Notes under the pieces: generated by a model
Told to the model about the DNA's origin: nothing
Databases searched by the model: none
What the model saw: the letters and a program-made list of their open reading frames with translations, nothing else
Source of the DNA: Camelus ferus
Lineage: Eukaryota
DNA: 64,000 nt
Assembly: GCF_009834535.1 (NCBI RefSeq)
Contig: NC_045697.1
Location: 51,524,001-51,588,000, forward strand
Direction: 5' to 3'
Shown: piece after piece, positions 1-12,619 of the stretch
Layout: every line of letters begins with the position of its first letter
Numbering within the stretch: the first letter of the stretch is position 1
Program-made: the position numbers and the translations under genes

Positions 1-3000
1 AAGAGTTTCAACTTTTTTTTTTTTTTGCGCATGTGGATATCCAATTTTCCCAGTAGCATTTGTTGAAAAGACTATTTTCAACTTGTTGAAAATCAGTTGA
101 CTGCAAAGTGAGCTCTTATTTCTAGACTATATCCCATTGATCTACTTATCTAAACTTGTTCTAGTACTATAGTTGTTTGATTACTATAGTTTTTTAGCAA
201 GTTTTGAAACTAGGGAGTGAGTGTCCTTCAAAAAATTGTTCAGTCAAGATTTTTTTTTGACTATTTTGGATCCCATGAATTTTCCATATAAATTTTAGGA
301 TAAGCTTGTCAATTTCTGAAAAAAAAAGTAGGTGGAATTTTGACAAGGGTTGCATTAAATCTGTAGATCAATTTGGTGAATATTGAAATCTAAAAAATAA
401 GTCTTCTGATACATGAACATGAGATTTTTTTCTACTTATTTATGTGCTTTATTAATTTCTATCAGCAATGTTTTGTAGTTTTCAGAACATAAGTTTTACA
501 CTTATCTTGTTAAATTTATTCCAAAGGATTTGGTTCTTCTGATGCTATTATAAATGGAATTATTTTCTTAATTTCACTTAAGGGTGGTTTATTGCTAGAT
601 ATAGAAATTCAATTAATTTTTGTGTATTGATCCTTTATCCTGCAAACTTGATGAACTTGTTAATTAGTTCTAATTGTGTTTTAGTGCATTCCTTAAGATT
701 TTTCATATAAATGGTCGTGTAATCGATAAATAGAGATAGCTTTACTTCTTCATTTCAAATCTGGATGCTTTTTATTTCTTTTTCTTGCCTAATTGTCTTG
801 ATCATAACCTCCAGTAAAATGATGAATAGAAGTAACTAGAGTAGACATCCTTGTCTTGTTCCTCGATGTAGGACAAAGCATTTAGTCTTTCTCCATGAAG
901 TGTGATGTTAGCTCTATATTTTTCATGAATATATTTTATAAGGTTGGGAAAGTTTCCTTCTTTTCCTGGTTGAACTCTTTTTTTTTTTTTAGTTATAGAA
1001 GACTAATCGATTTTATCAAGTGCTTTTTCTGCATATATGGGGATAATCATGTAATTTTTGTCCTTTACTCATATGTTTTATTATATTGATTAATTTCTGT
1101 ATATGAAACAAACTTTACATTTCTGGGATAACTCCACTTGGTCATAGTATATAATCATTTTTATATGTTGCTGGATTCCGTTTGTTAGTATTTTGTTGGA
1201 AAATTTGACATCTATATTCACAAGAAATTCTGATCTATAGTTTTCTTTTCTTCGAACTCCTTTGGTTTTTGTCTCAGTGTAATATTGAACTTATAGAGTT
1301 AGTTGGGAATTATTTCTTCTTCTATTTTTTAACATGAGTTTGTGAAGAACTGGTGTTAATTCTTCTTTAAATATTTGGTAGAGTTCATCAGTGAAGCCGT
1401 CTCGGCTTGGGATATCCTTGTAGGAAGTCTTTTCATTACTAATACAATTTCTTTATTTGTTGTAAGTCTATTCAGATTTTGTTTTTTCTTGAGGAGTTTC
1501 AGTAACTTGTATTTTTATATGAATTTGTTCATTTTATCTACCTTATTTAATTTATTGGCATAAGATTTTTATAGTATTTCATTACACTTCTTAGTTCTGT
1601 AAATTTGGTAGTGATGTCCTCTCTTTCATTCCTGATTTTAGTAATTTGAATGTTCTATCTTTTTTTCTTTGTCTGACTAAAAGTTTGTTAATGGTGTTGA
1701 TCTTGTCATAGAACCAAGTTTTTGTTTTGTTGGTTTTGTTGATTTTCTCTACTGTTTTCTCCTCTATTTTTATTAATTTCTTACTTCTATTTGATTTAGG
1801 TTCAGTTTGCTCTTTTTTACAGTGTTTTTAAAAGAAAGGTTCGATTATTGATTTGAGGTCTTCTTTTTTAATATAGACATTTATAGTTGTAAATGTCCTC
1901 CCAAGCACTGCTTTACATACATGCCATACGTTTTGATATGTTGTGTCTTAATTTTAATTCATCTTATTTTCTAATTTCACTTGTGATTTCTTCTTTTACC
2001 TATTGCATTGGTTATTTATGTGTATGCTGTTTAATTTTTATGTATTTATAAATTTCCTCATTTTCTTTTTATTATTGATTCCTAATTTCATGTCAGTTTG
2101 ATATAGGAAAAAGACAAATGTGGGGTGAGAGGATGGCCGTGTCCCGGGTCTTGGTTGAGTCCTTACAATGCACCCTGCCAAGTGTGGGTCCTTGGCTTCA
2201 CACGAGAAAGTATTCAAGAGTGAGCCACAGTTGAGTAAAGGTAGATTTATTCAGAGAGACACATGCTCCATAGACAGTGCAGGCTGTTTCAGAAGGCAAG
2301 AGAAAGGCCATGAAGTGTGAGGGTTGGTGTTCAGTTTAATGTAAAAGTAGATACACACTCTGTAGACAGAGCATGGTCCATCTCACTCAGAAGGGAGAGT
2401 GGCCATGCGGTGTGGGGGTGTTCGTTTTTATGGGCTTCAGTAACTTTATATGCTAACAAGTGGGAGGATTATTCCAACTACCCTGGGGAAGGGGCTGGAG
2501 TTCCCAGGGACTGGACCACCTCTCACTTTTTGACCATTTATGATTAGCCTCGGAACTGTCATGGCACCTGTGAGAGTGTCATTTACCTTGCTAATATATT
2601 ACAGTGAGCGTATAATGAAGCTCAATGTCTACTGGAAGTCAAATCTGCCATCTTGGGTCTCAAGGCCTACTGGAAGTTGAAGCTTCCACCGTCTTGGTGT
2701 TAATTGCTGTCATTCCTTGAATGGCTGTGCCCTGCCCCCTCCCTCCTGTCTCAAATTGGTGAACATCCTTGAAATTATTTCAGTCTTTTAAAATTTATTG
2801 AGGCTTGTTTTATTATCTAGCATACAGTTTATGCTAGAGAATGCTTCATGGACACTGAGAAAAATGTGTATTCTGATGTTGTAGGGTAGAGTGTTCCAGT
2901 GACGTCTGTTAGGTCAAGTTAGTTTAAACTATTGTTCAAAACTTTTCTTTGCTTGTTCATCTTCTGTTTTGTTATTTTGTCCACTATTGAATGTATGGTA

Positions 3001-5330
3001 TTGATGCCTTCAGCTATTAATGTTGATGTATTTTCCCCTTTAATTCTGTCAGCCTTTGTGTCATGTATTTGGGGGCTGTGTTGTTTGTATAATATACATT
3101 TATGATGCTTGTATCTTCTTGATGGTTTAACACTGTTATCATTATAAAATGTCCTGAGTGACTTTTTAAGTTCATTTTGTCTGATAATAAATAATATAAA
3201 CACTTTGAATTATTGCCTGGGATTACTTGCTTTCAGCCTGAAGAACTTCATTTAGTATTTATTATAAGCTGGATTTGCTAGCAATGAATTTTCTGTTTTG
3301 GGAATGTACTTTATGTTAATTTTTGAAAGAGTTTTGCATGGTGTAAAATTCTTAGTTTTTTGATTTACATTTTTCCCCCCTTTCAACACTTTGAAAATGC
3401 CATGCCACTGACTTCTGGCCTTCATTGTTTCTGATATGATGTCAGATTTTAATTTTATGGTGATTTCCTTGTTTCATTTCTTCTCTTGGTGCTTTAAAGA
3501 TTTTTTCTCATGTCTTTGGATTTCAACATTTTTACTATGATATGTCTGGATGTAGAGCTCTTTGTTTTTATCCTACTTTGAATTCAATAAGTTTCTAGAT
3601 GTGTAGTTTTAAAAAAATCAAATTTGGGAACTTTTAAGTTATTATTGCTTCAATTTTTCTTCTTATTTCTCTCTTTTTTCCTTCTGACACTCTCACTACA
3701 TGTTTGCTAGTTTGCCTAATAGAATTTCTCTGAGGCTCTGCTTATTTTCTATATCAACTTTTCTCTTTGTTCTTCATATTGCCTAATCTCTATTGATCTG
3801 TCTTCAGGTTTGCTGATTGTGTCTTCTGCCAGGTCATATCTACTGTTGAGCCCATCTAGTGAGTATTTCATTTCAGTTATTGTACTTTTCAATCCCAGAA
3901 TTTCTATTTGGTTCTTTTAAAACATAATTTCTCTCTTAATTGATATCCCACATTTAATGGCACATTGTCATCATACCTTCCATTATCTCTTTACTTCATG
4001 ATAATTGCTTTACAGACTCTTTTTGGCTACATTGACATCTGGGCCCTTCTCAAGGCAGTTTCAATTGCCTGCTTTTTTTTTTCTGTATGTGGGCCCCACT
4101 TTTCTGTTTCTTTACATGTTTCATTATTTTTGTTGAAAATCAAACCTTTTAGCTAATCTGCTATAGTATCTCTGTGTACAGATTCCTCCTCCTCCTCTAC
4201 ACTCTGTGGAGCTTGTTGTTGTTGTTGCTTCTTTGTTTAGTGACTATGTTGGAATGTTTTAATAAAGTCATTTTCTTCCTCCAGGGCACTATTTGACTGT
4301 CTCTTTCCATTATCTTTCTGTTATCCTGCCTGCCTATGCTGACATCACACCTACCTGTTAGGCTCCACTGATTGCTCTCTTGTTTTTGACAGTGCCCGGG
4401 AACATACATTTCCCCATAGTCTGATCCAATTAAATCGAGCCCCTTTGAAGGGGAAGTGTTTAAGGTTGGACTTCAAGGTTTGTTTTGACCCCAGGAGGGC
4501 TCTTCCTAGCTGTATTTTTCCCTGGGTCTTTCCAGTAAACTTCAAGCTGATCTATGGTTAGTTGTTGGTCTATAAAGTTACTGGTCAACTCTTAATTGCT
4601 TACCACCAGAATCCCCACTGTTTCTGAGAGTACCCTTAGGCCTGAAGTTCCCACTGTCTATTCCTAGTGAAGTTAATCCCTCTAGGAAGCACTTTTTGGG
4701 GGGGGGGGGCGGTGCAGAAGCACTTTTGAACTCCTTTTTCTTCTATCCTACCTCTCTCCCCTGGGCAGAACCTCTGCACCACTGCCCTAGGCCTGGGGGA
4801 GGAGATGGAGTCCTGTTTCTCTAGAAGAGACACGCCTCATTTACGAGTAGCATGCTAGGCATGGGCTGTGCCTCTGAGTCTTCTCAGGTTGCCTCTCTTG
4901 GCATGAAACCTTTGCCCTGTGAGTGAGTTGGAACAATATTATTGGTCTGCTGTACCTGGGGAAGAACTTCTGCCCTATGAATGAGTACTGGGTAGAGGAA
5001 GAGAGCCTCTAGCCCTCAACTCTTCTTGCCTGGAATAGGGCTTCTGCAACATGGAGCTGAGGTGGGTGGAGATGGGAAATGTCAGTGGCCTGCCTCTCCT
5101 GGAGAGATACTGTAGCCCTTGCCTGGGTGTTTGACAGTGAAGAGAGCCCTGTGTTCCTGGCTATTCCCACCCAGCGTGGATATTCCATCACACTGAGCAG
5201 GGAGGTAGGACTGTAGCAAATTGTTGTTAAAATGCCATAGACTTTCATGGTTGTTACTAAGATTAAGTAGATTTTCTTCAATAAGTGTTTCCTCATTTGC
5301 TATATGCCCTTAAGACAATTTCTAGAGTTT
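1..5330 (-). mobile_element. Old decayed LINE-1 (L1M-type), antisense: ORF2 remnant, ORF1 remnant and 5' region; interrupted by a solo LTR at 2099-2753
   Basis: T-rich antisense L1 ORF2 text throughout 1-3150 (e.g. catccttgtcttgttcct, aaatatttggtagagttcatcagtgaagcc). Minus ORF 2919-3203 keeps endonuclease-like remnants (TLIAEGINT...VDKITKQKMNK). A GC-richer 5'UTR-like segment spans ~4200-5330. The element runs off the left edge of the window. Confidence 0.85.
2099..2753 (-). mobile_element. Solo ERV1-class LTR, MER41-like
   Basis: Begins TG (2099) and ends CA (2753), with 4-bp near-TSD agtt/aatt. AATAAA on the minus strand at ~2246-2251. Minus-strand blocks CCAAGATGGC, GCCATGACAGTT, GAATAATCC..CTTGTTAGCATAT, CCATAAAAA and GCTCTGTCTA match MER41 consensus as recalled. 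Confidence 0.8.
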
Positions 5331-5948
5331 AAATAGTTTAATTAATTAATTAATTTGTAATTATGGTTATTTTCCTCTTTGGTTGATTATTCTGTAAAAG
5401 TCCTCATCCTGCCCTTCTATATGTTATCCACCTCTAGTCCTTCTTGATTTTTCTTTTTTCACTTTTTGGCAATCCCATTTTCATTGATTGACCAATCCTT
5501 TTGGGTGACTTTTCAATATAAGTCCGCTGTAAAGTATATTCACTTGGCTTCTCCCAAGATAGTCCTTCCACCTATAAATTGTTGTGTAGAAGATTTTTGT
5601 AAAGATTGAGAACGTAGCTCTGTGAAGTAAGAATCTATAAATACTTAATAATTCAAATATCTTGTATTATGTGGTCATTTCCTTTGAATAATCTGATGTT
5701 ATTGAGATTAATTTACCTGATTAAAGATAAGGCTGAGTAAAGAGAAATCAAATTATCCTATTGCATGCTTTTTAAAGAGTTCTTTAGAGAGTAGGAGAGA
5801 TTTTAAAACCTACAGTGAAACTGAAACTCCTAGTCTAAGGCAATACTTCTTAAGTTGTTGACACACTCCTGTGGCTCGTGAGCCTACAAAATGATCAAGA
5901 GGGACATTTATATAGAAAGAAGAAATGACCAAAAAAGTGTTGGAGGAA

Positions 5949-6396
5949 ATATCAGATATTGCTGAGTAACTAGCTATACCAAAACCCAGTGGCTTAAAGT
6001 AATAATTATTTATTATTTTTCATGATTCTGTAAGTCAGCTTATCTAGGCTAAGCTCAGGTGGACAGTTTTGCCAATCTTGACAGAGTTCTCTTTCATGTC
6101 TACAGTTGGCTGGAGTGGCTCTGCTCAATGTATCTCTCATTGTCCTCTCCCCATGATCAGCAAATAGCCCCAAGATGTCTTCCCCTTGTAATGAAAAAGA
6201 TGCAAGGGAGTAATTGGAGACACGCAAGGCCTCTTGAGGCCTAAGTTTGGAACTGGGCATTGTAACTTCTACCTCATTCTTCTGACCAAAGCAAGTCACA
6301 TTGGGTGTGGAAATATTCTTTGCTTTAATGGGAGAAACTCCAAAGTCACATAATAAAGTAAAGAATTAGGGTCAATAGTGCAATCAATCTACCACA
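5949..6396 (-). mobile_element. MaLR solo LTR (MLT1H/J-like)
   Basis: Minus strand starts TGTGGTAGATTG. The plus strand shows typical MLT1 text (aaaacccagtggcttaaa, gaccaaagcaagtcaca). Confidence 0.75.
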
Positions 6397-7027
6397 AGGA
6401 ATTAGGTAGGAAGTAATGAGAGTTTTCCCAGTTCAGTTATTTTTGTCAAATGTAAGTTAAGAGTTTAATTTTGTTAAACTAGAAAAAAGAACAATCTCTT
6501 GCAAAATATACCAATTCTCTCTTGTTGAGGAAGTGTGTACAATACAGAGAACTAGAGAAACCTGGGAAGGAGCTCACCAGCTATTGTATAAGTCAGCAGA
6601 CTGGTTCTTACTATATGTGCACTTTTTTTGATGACAAACACTTATTTTGTGCTTTCGTATGTGTCTGTCTTTTGTAAGGGTATAGCAAATTATTCTGGAA
6701 AGCAGATAACTAAGCATTTCTAATTCTTGGGAAGTTAAATCTTTACTTTTCTCAGGAATGTGCAGCATCAGCAGGTTTTGTTTGTCTTTAAAATGAGAAG
6801 GATTCTAGTGAAGCTGACTTGTTACTCCACAAATACCTTAAAACTGTGGAACTTTCCCTCTGGAATTATTATATGTGAATGGATTCCTACACTTTACAAT
6901 GGAAAAGCATGAAATCATAGCCGGCTTGGCTACTGCTGTTATTCATTTAACAGGTTTTATTCTTTTAACAGTTAAACTTCCATTATGTTTTACTATTTGT
7001 TACATACCATTTTTATGTGTTTCACAG

Positions 7028-7077
7028 TTTTATGCATTTTGCAGTTAACTGTTTGAAAGAATGTTCAGTCCTTGAAA
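7028..7077 (+). other. Candidate small internal exon (50 nt, or 33 nt using the alternative acceptor at 7045)
   Basis: Acceptor ttttatgtgtttcacAG and donor AAA|GTAAGA. One open frame reads FMHFAVNCLKECSVLE. It sits in ~1.4 kb of apparently repeat-free sequence. Protein not recognised. Confidence 0.3.
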
Positions 7078-8589
7078 GTAAGAGTGATTTACCATTCTTG
7101 TGCTTTTGTCTTTACTAAGGCTGTGTTCATTTATTAAAGATAATAGTAAACTCTGCTATTAAAACAGGTCTAATAATGCACTTTATTTTTCTTGCTACCT
7201 ATAGCAAGTCCTAATGCTACAAATGTGATGGTGTGTGCTTGCAAATGTATATATGCACAGCATACATACCTACAAATATTAGATTCTGCATCAAACACAC
7301 AAACAACCACAGGTGAAAAGGAACAGAAAGCTCTGGTAATCATTACACAAATTTTCAGAAAACACACACACAAATAAAGGCTAAGTTGGTAATAGTATTT
7401 AAAATGCCAAGTGTTACAGAAAATATATGTAATTTTAAAGGAATTCTTATTTATCAGAAGTTTTATTCATTATTCATAGTTAATGACACACTAAATTTTA
7501 AAACCAGATTAATTATGATATTAGAAAGGACTTGTATAGCTGGAGAAAACGTATTTCTATGCATTTGTAACAGTAATTTGCAGAATTATAGGAAAGTAAA
7601 AAGCTGTTTTAGTCTATCAGATTTATTTTTATATGTTAACATATGTAAGGTATGACTTTAAGGTAAAGAGAATATTGTACTTTTTAAAAAACCAAGCATC
7701 TTAAATGTATAGGATGTATACTTCAAAATATGTGTTGTTCATCAGATCATCAAAGGAAGAAGTCAAATCTTTTCTAAAAAGGAATTTTTTAATTGCTACA
7801 TAAAGAATGTGTGAGTTTCATAAGAAAATCACTCTCATTTCCTTAATTTCAGTCTTATCCACAAATATTCAGCGTGATTTTTCTTACTTTCTTCTTCAGA
7901 CTTTACTTGTAAAAAATCTATTTTGTTAATAGTAAATAAATTCACATAATTCTCTGACCTAGAAGATACCAAAGTTTGCCTTTGTGGATATTCTTTCAGA
8001 CACATTTTAAGGAAATATAGTTATGTAAGTGTGTTTATTTGTTTTGGATTTTTCAAGGTAAATACTAATGTGCTCACAAACAATTTCTTTGTTTTGTTAA
8101 GGAAAATCTTGGAGATCATATCATATCCATACATAGTTTTCATATTTTTTCATGACTGTAGAGTACTTCAGTGTATAAACCAATCCCCAGTTAATGAACA
8201 GTTAGCAATGAATAGCTTTGTAGTCAAATGACTTATGACTCTTTTTAAAACCAAATTCACTTTCAAGGGATAAGAATCACAGCACTGTGAATATTAACAA
8301 GACTGTACTACAGATCTTGAAATAAGTGAGCAAAACTATTAAGCAAATGATGATATTACAAAGGTACTTTGAATAATATGACATTAATTTGGATGTATAC
8401 ATTCTGGCATGTGTTTTAAAAAGAATTATCAGTATTTTTCAGTATATCTCTTTATTTTGGTGACAGTACAATGACTTGTTTTCCTTGTGTCCCAGCCCTA
8501 AATAATATGGGAGAGAAACTTAATTTTGTTTTTTCTTTTTGCTTTTTTGGGGGAAATGCAAATAGTTCCTACCTTATTAAAATAGCTCT

Positions 8590-8750
8590 TTAACAGTTTA
8601 TAAAGTGGTAATGAAATCCTGTGAAGCAATTTTAGTTACTTTGTCTCTTTTCCATCTTATTGAAGAGCAAACTGAGATTTAGAGCAATTGAAAAACTTGT
8701 TTATGTTATGGAACTAGAACTTGACAGAAACAGGATTTGAATCCTCTTCA
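8590..8750 (-). mobile_element. MIR SINE fragment
   Basis: Antisense MIR core: aaactgagatttagagcaattg...caggatttgaatcc. Confidence 0.55.
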
Positions 8751-9119
8751 TAAACTAAAACAAATTAGTACTATGGTTTCTTTAATAAGAATGACTAGGG
8801 AATGTGGCTGATAGAATGATGATAATGTATAGATGAATGTAGAATCTAGTGAGATAGCATCAAAACTTCACAAAGATTGATAAGAATCCAGAATCCAATT
8901 AGGGATCAGTGAAATTTGTTGAATCCAATCAATTGTGGAAGAATTAGCAACATGGATGGTCTTGGATAGAATCATCCTAGAATCATTATTTCTCTGCACT
9001 ATAGGATGTTAGGATCTACAATTTCAACTCAGTAAGTTCAGCCTGTGTGAGACAATAATATTCCCCTAAATTGGGTAAGTGATTTAACCCTAGTACAATT
9101 TTGAATTAAAAATACAGAT

Positions 9120-11780
9120 GTCGTTTTGCTTTGTTTATGGTTTCCTTTGCTGTGCAAAAGCTTTTAAACTTAATTAGGTCCCATTTGTTATTTTTGCTTT
9201 TGTTTCCATTACTCCAGGAGATGGATCCAAAAAAATATCGCTGAGATTTATGCCAAAGAGTGTTCTGCCAATGTTTTCCTCTAGGAGTTTTATAGTTTCC
9301 GGTCTTACATTTAGATTTTTAATCCACTTTATGTTTATTTTTCTATATGGTGTTATAGAATGTTCTAATTTCATTCTTTTACATGTAGCTCTCCAGTTTT
9401 CCCAACACCACTTATTGAAGAAACTGTCTTTTCTCCATTGTGTATTCTTGCCTCCTTTGTCATAGATTAATTGACCATATGTGCGTGGGTTTATTTCTGG
9501 GCTTTTTATTCTGTCCATTGATGTATGTGTCTGTTTTTGTGCCAATACTATACTGTTTTGATTATTATAGCTTTGTAGTATAGTGTAAAGTAAGGGAGTG
9601 TGATTTCTCTAACTCCTTTCTTTTTTCTCAAGATTATTTTGGCTATTCGGGATCTTTTGTCTCCATATATATTTAAAAAAAATTTTTTTGTTCTAGTTTT
9701 GTGAAAAATACCATTGGTTATTTGATAAGGATTGCATTAAATCTGTATATTGCCTTGGATAGTATGGCAACTTTAACAATATTGATTCTTCCCATCCAAG
9801 AACATAGTATATCTTTCCATCTCTTTGTGTCCTCTCTAGTTTCTTTCATCAGTGTCTTATAATTTTCAGAATACAGGTCTTTTGCCACCTTGGGTAGATG
9901 CATTCCTAGGTATTTTATTCTTTTTGATCTAATGGTAAATGAAATTCTTTTCTTAATCTCTCATTCTGATATTTTGTTGTTAGTGTATAGGAATGCAACA
10001 GATTTATGTATATTAATTTAATATCCTGAAACTACCAAATTCATTGATGAGCACTAGTCATTTTCTGGTGGTGTCTTCAGGATTTTCTATGTGTATTATC
10101 ATGTCATCTGCAGTGACAGTTTTACTTCTTTCTAATTTGGATTCCTTTTATTTCTTTTTCTTGTCTGATTGCTGTGTCTAGAACTTCCAAAACTATGTTG
10201 AATATAAGTGGTGAGAGTGCACATCCTTGTCTTGTTCCTGATCTTAGAGGGAATGCTGTCAGCTTTTCACCACTGAGCATGTTAGCTGTGGGTTTGTCAT
10301 ATATGACTTTTATTGTGCTGAGGTATGTTCCTTTTATGCCCACAATGAAGAGTTTTTATTATAAATGGATTTTGAATTTTATCAAAAGCTTTTTCTTCAT
10401 CTATGGATTTCATTCTTTAATTTGTTAATGTGGTGTATCATATTGATTGATTTGTGGACAATGAAAAATCCTTGCATCACAGGGATAAATCCCAGGTGTA
10501 CAATTATGTTGATCATGGTGTATGATCCTTTTTAATATATTGTTGGATTTGATTTTCTAGTATTTTTTTGAGGATTTTTGCATTTATGTTCATCAGTGAT
10601 ATTGGTCTGTAATTTTTATGTATGTGTGATGTCTTTGTCTGGTTTTAGTATCAGGGTGATGCCTCATGGAATGAGTTTGAAAGTGTTCTTTCCTCTGCAA
10701 TTTTTTTGGAATAGTTTAAGAAGAATAGACATTAACATTAACTTCTCTAAATGTTTGGTAGAATTCAACCGTGAAGCTATCTAATCCTAGACTTTTGTTT
10801 GTTTGGAGTTTTTAAATTATGTATTCAATTTCAGTACAGGTAATTGGTCGTTCATATTTTCTATTTCTTCCTGGTTCAATCTGGAGAGATTGTACCATTC
10901 TGCAAATTTGTCCCTTTCTTGTAGGTTGTCCATTTTATCAGCATATGGTTGATCATAGTAGTCTCTTACGATCCTGTGTATTTCTGTGGTTTCAGTTGTA
11001 ATGTCTCCTTTTTCATTTCTGATTTTGTTGTTCTATGCCCTTTCCCTCTTTCTCTTGATGAGTCTAGCTAAAAGTTTATCAACTTTGCTTATCTTTTCAA
11101 AGAACCAGCTTTTAGTTTCATTGATATTTTTTTCTTTTTAGTCTCTATTTCATTTATTTCTGCTCTTATCTGTATGATTTCTTTCCTTCTACTAACTTTG
11201 GATTTTGTTGCAAATGATGTGACTGATAGAGGATTAACTTCCAAAATATACAAACTGCTTAAACAGCTCAATATAAATAACAAACAAACAAACAACCCAA
11301 TAAAAAAATAGACAGAGGACATAAATATTCATTTCTCCAAAGAAGACATACAGATGGCCTACAAGCACATGAAAAGATGCTCAACAGTGCTAATTATTAG
11401 AGAAATGCAAATAAAACTACAATGAGGTATTATCTCACTCCAGTCAGAATGGCCATCATCAAAAAGTCTACAAATAATAAATGCTGGAGAGGGTTTGGAT
11501 ATAAGGTAACCCTCCTACACTGTTGGTGGGACTGTAAATTGGTGCGGCACTACGGAGAACAGTATGGATGTTCCTTAAAAAACTAAAAATAGAGTTACCA
11601 TATGATCCATCAATTCCCACTCCTCCACATATATCTGGAAAAAACAAAAACTCTAATTTGAAAAGATACATGCACTCCAATGTTCATAGCAGCACTGTTT
11701 ATAATAGCCAAGATATGGAAGCAACCTAAATGTCCATAGACAGATAAGTGGATAAAGAAAATATGTTGTGTGTGTGTATG

Positions 11781-11860
<80 letters not shown>

Positions 11861-12315
11861 ATGGACTATTACTCAGCCATAAAAAAGAAAGAAATAATGC
11901 CATTTGCTGCAACATGGATGGACCTAGAGATTATTATATTAAGTGAAGTAAGTCAGACAGAGAAAGACAAATGTTATATGATATCACTTATATGTGGAAT
12001 CTTAAAAAATGATAAAAATGAACTTATTTACAAAACTGAAATAGACTCACAGAAGACAGATTAATGGTTATCAAAGGAGAAAGGGAGGGAAGGGATAAAT
12101 CAGGAATTTGGGATTAACAAATACACACTACTATATATAAAATAGATAAGCAACAAGAGTCTACTGTATACCACAAAGAACTATAGTCAATATCTTGTAA
12201 TACTTACAATGAAAAAGAATCTGAAAGAGAATATATATATTATATATATTTATAAAACTGAACCACTTTGCTGTATACCTGAAACATTATTAATCAACTA
12301 TACTTCAATAGAAAT
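9120..12315 (+). mobile_element. Cetartiodactyl-type LINE-1, 5'-truncated with a 5' inversion (inverted ORF2 segment 9120-~11209; sense 3' segment ~11208-12315)
   Basis: Minus ORFs encode clear L1 ORF2p pieces ([50 protein letters not shown]). From ~11208 the ORF2 C-terminus and 3'UTR run in sense (DYYSAIKKKEIMPFAATWMDLE). Flanking TSD ttaaaaatacagat (9106-9119) / ttaaaagtatagat (12316-12329). Confidence 0.9.
11767..11857. repeat. Compound microsatellite (TG)n-(CA)n-(TA)n inside the L1 3' region
   Basis: Directly visible. Confidence 0.95.
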
Positions 12316-12619
12316 TTAAAAGTATAGATTATGAAATAAATCAAACCTACAACATTGGTGCTTTTGTGTTAATAAAGATAATCTGTATTTGTTATTTAAA
12401 GTGTTTGCTTTGTTTAAGAGAATCCGATATATTAACTTTGTGATTTAAAACTTTAAAGTATAAGAGAATGAATGTTTTAAAAAGTATTGGAATAGAAACT
12501 ATTTAATATAGTTAAGAATTTATTAGTTTAAAAAGAGTTGTCTGAGTACTTTGGAGAGTTTTGACTTTTTAGAATTGTAAGTTTGCCCTGTCTGATATAT
12601 TATAAAGATACTTCATGTT

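Noticed and set aside
6578..6694. Minus-strand 117-nt open segment with AG/GT boundaries
   Set aside because: The peptide is not protein-like or recognisable, it opposes the inferred host strand, and such segments are expected by chance in 64 kb.
9174..10343. ORFs with reverse-transcriptase-like protein sequence
   Set aside because: Fragments of a frameshifted, truncated L1 ORF2; not a functional CDS or a novel RT system.
11610..12064. ORFs with YI/CV/TH repeats
   Set aside because: Translation of a microsatellite within L1.
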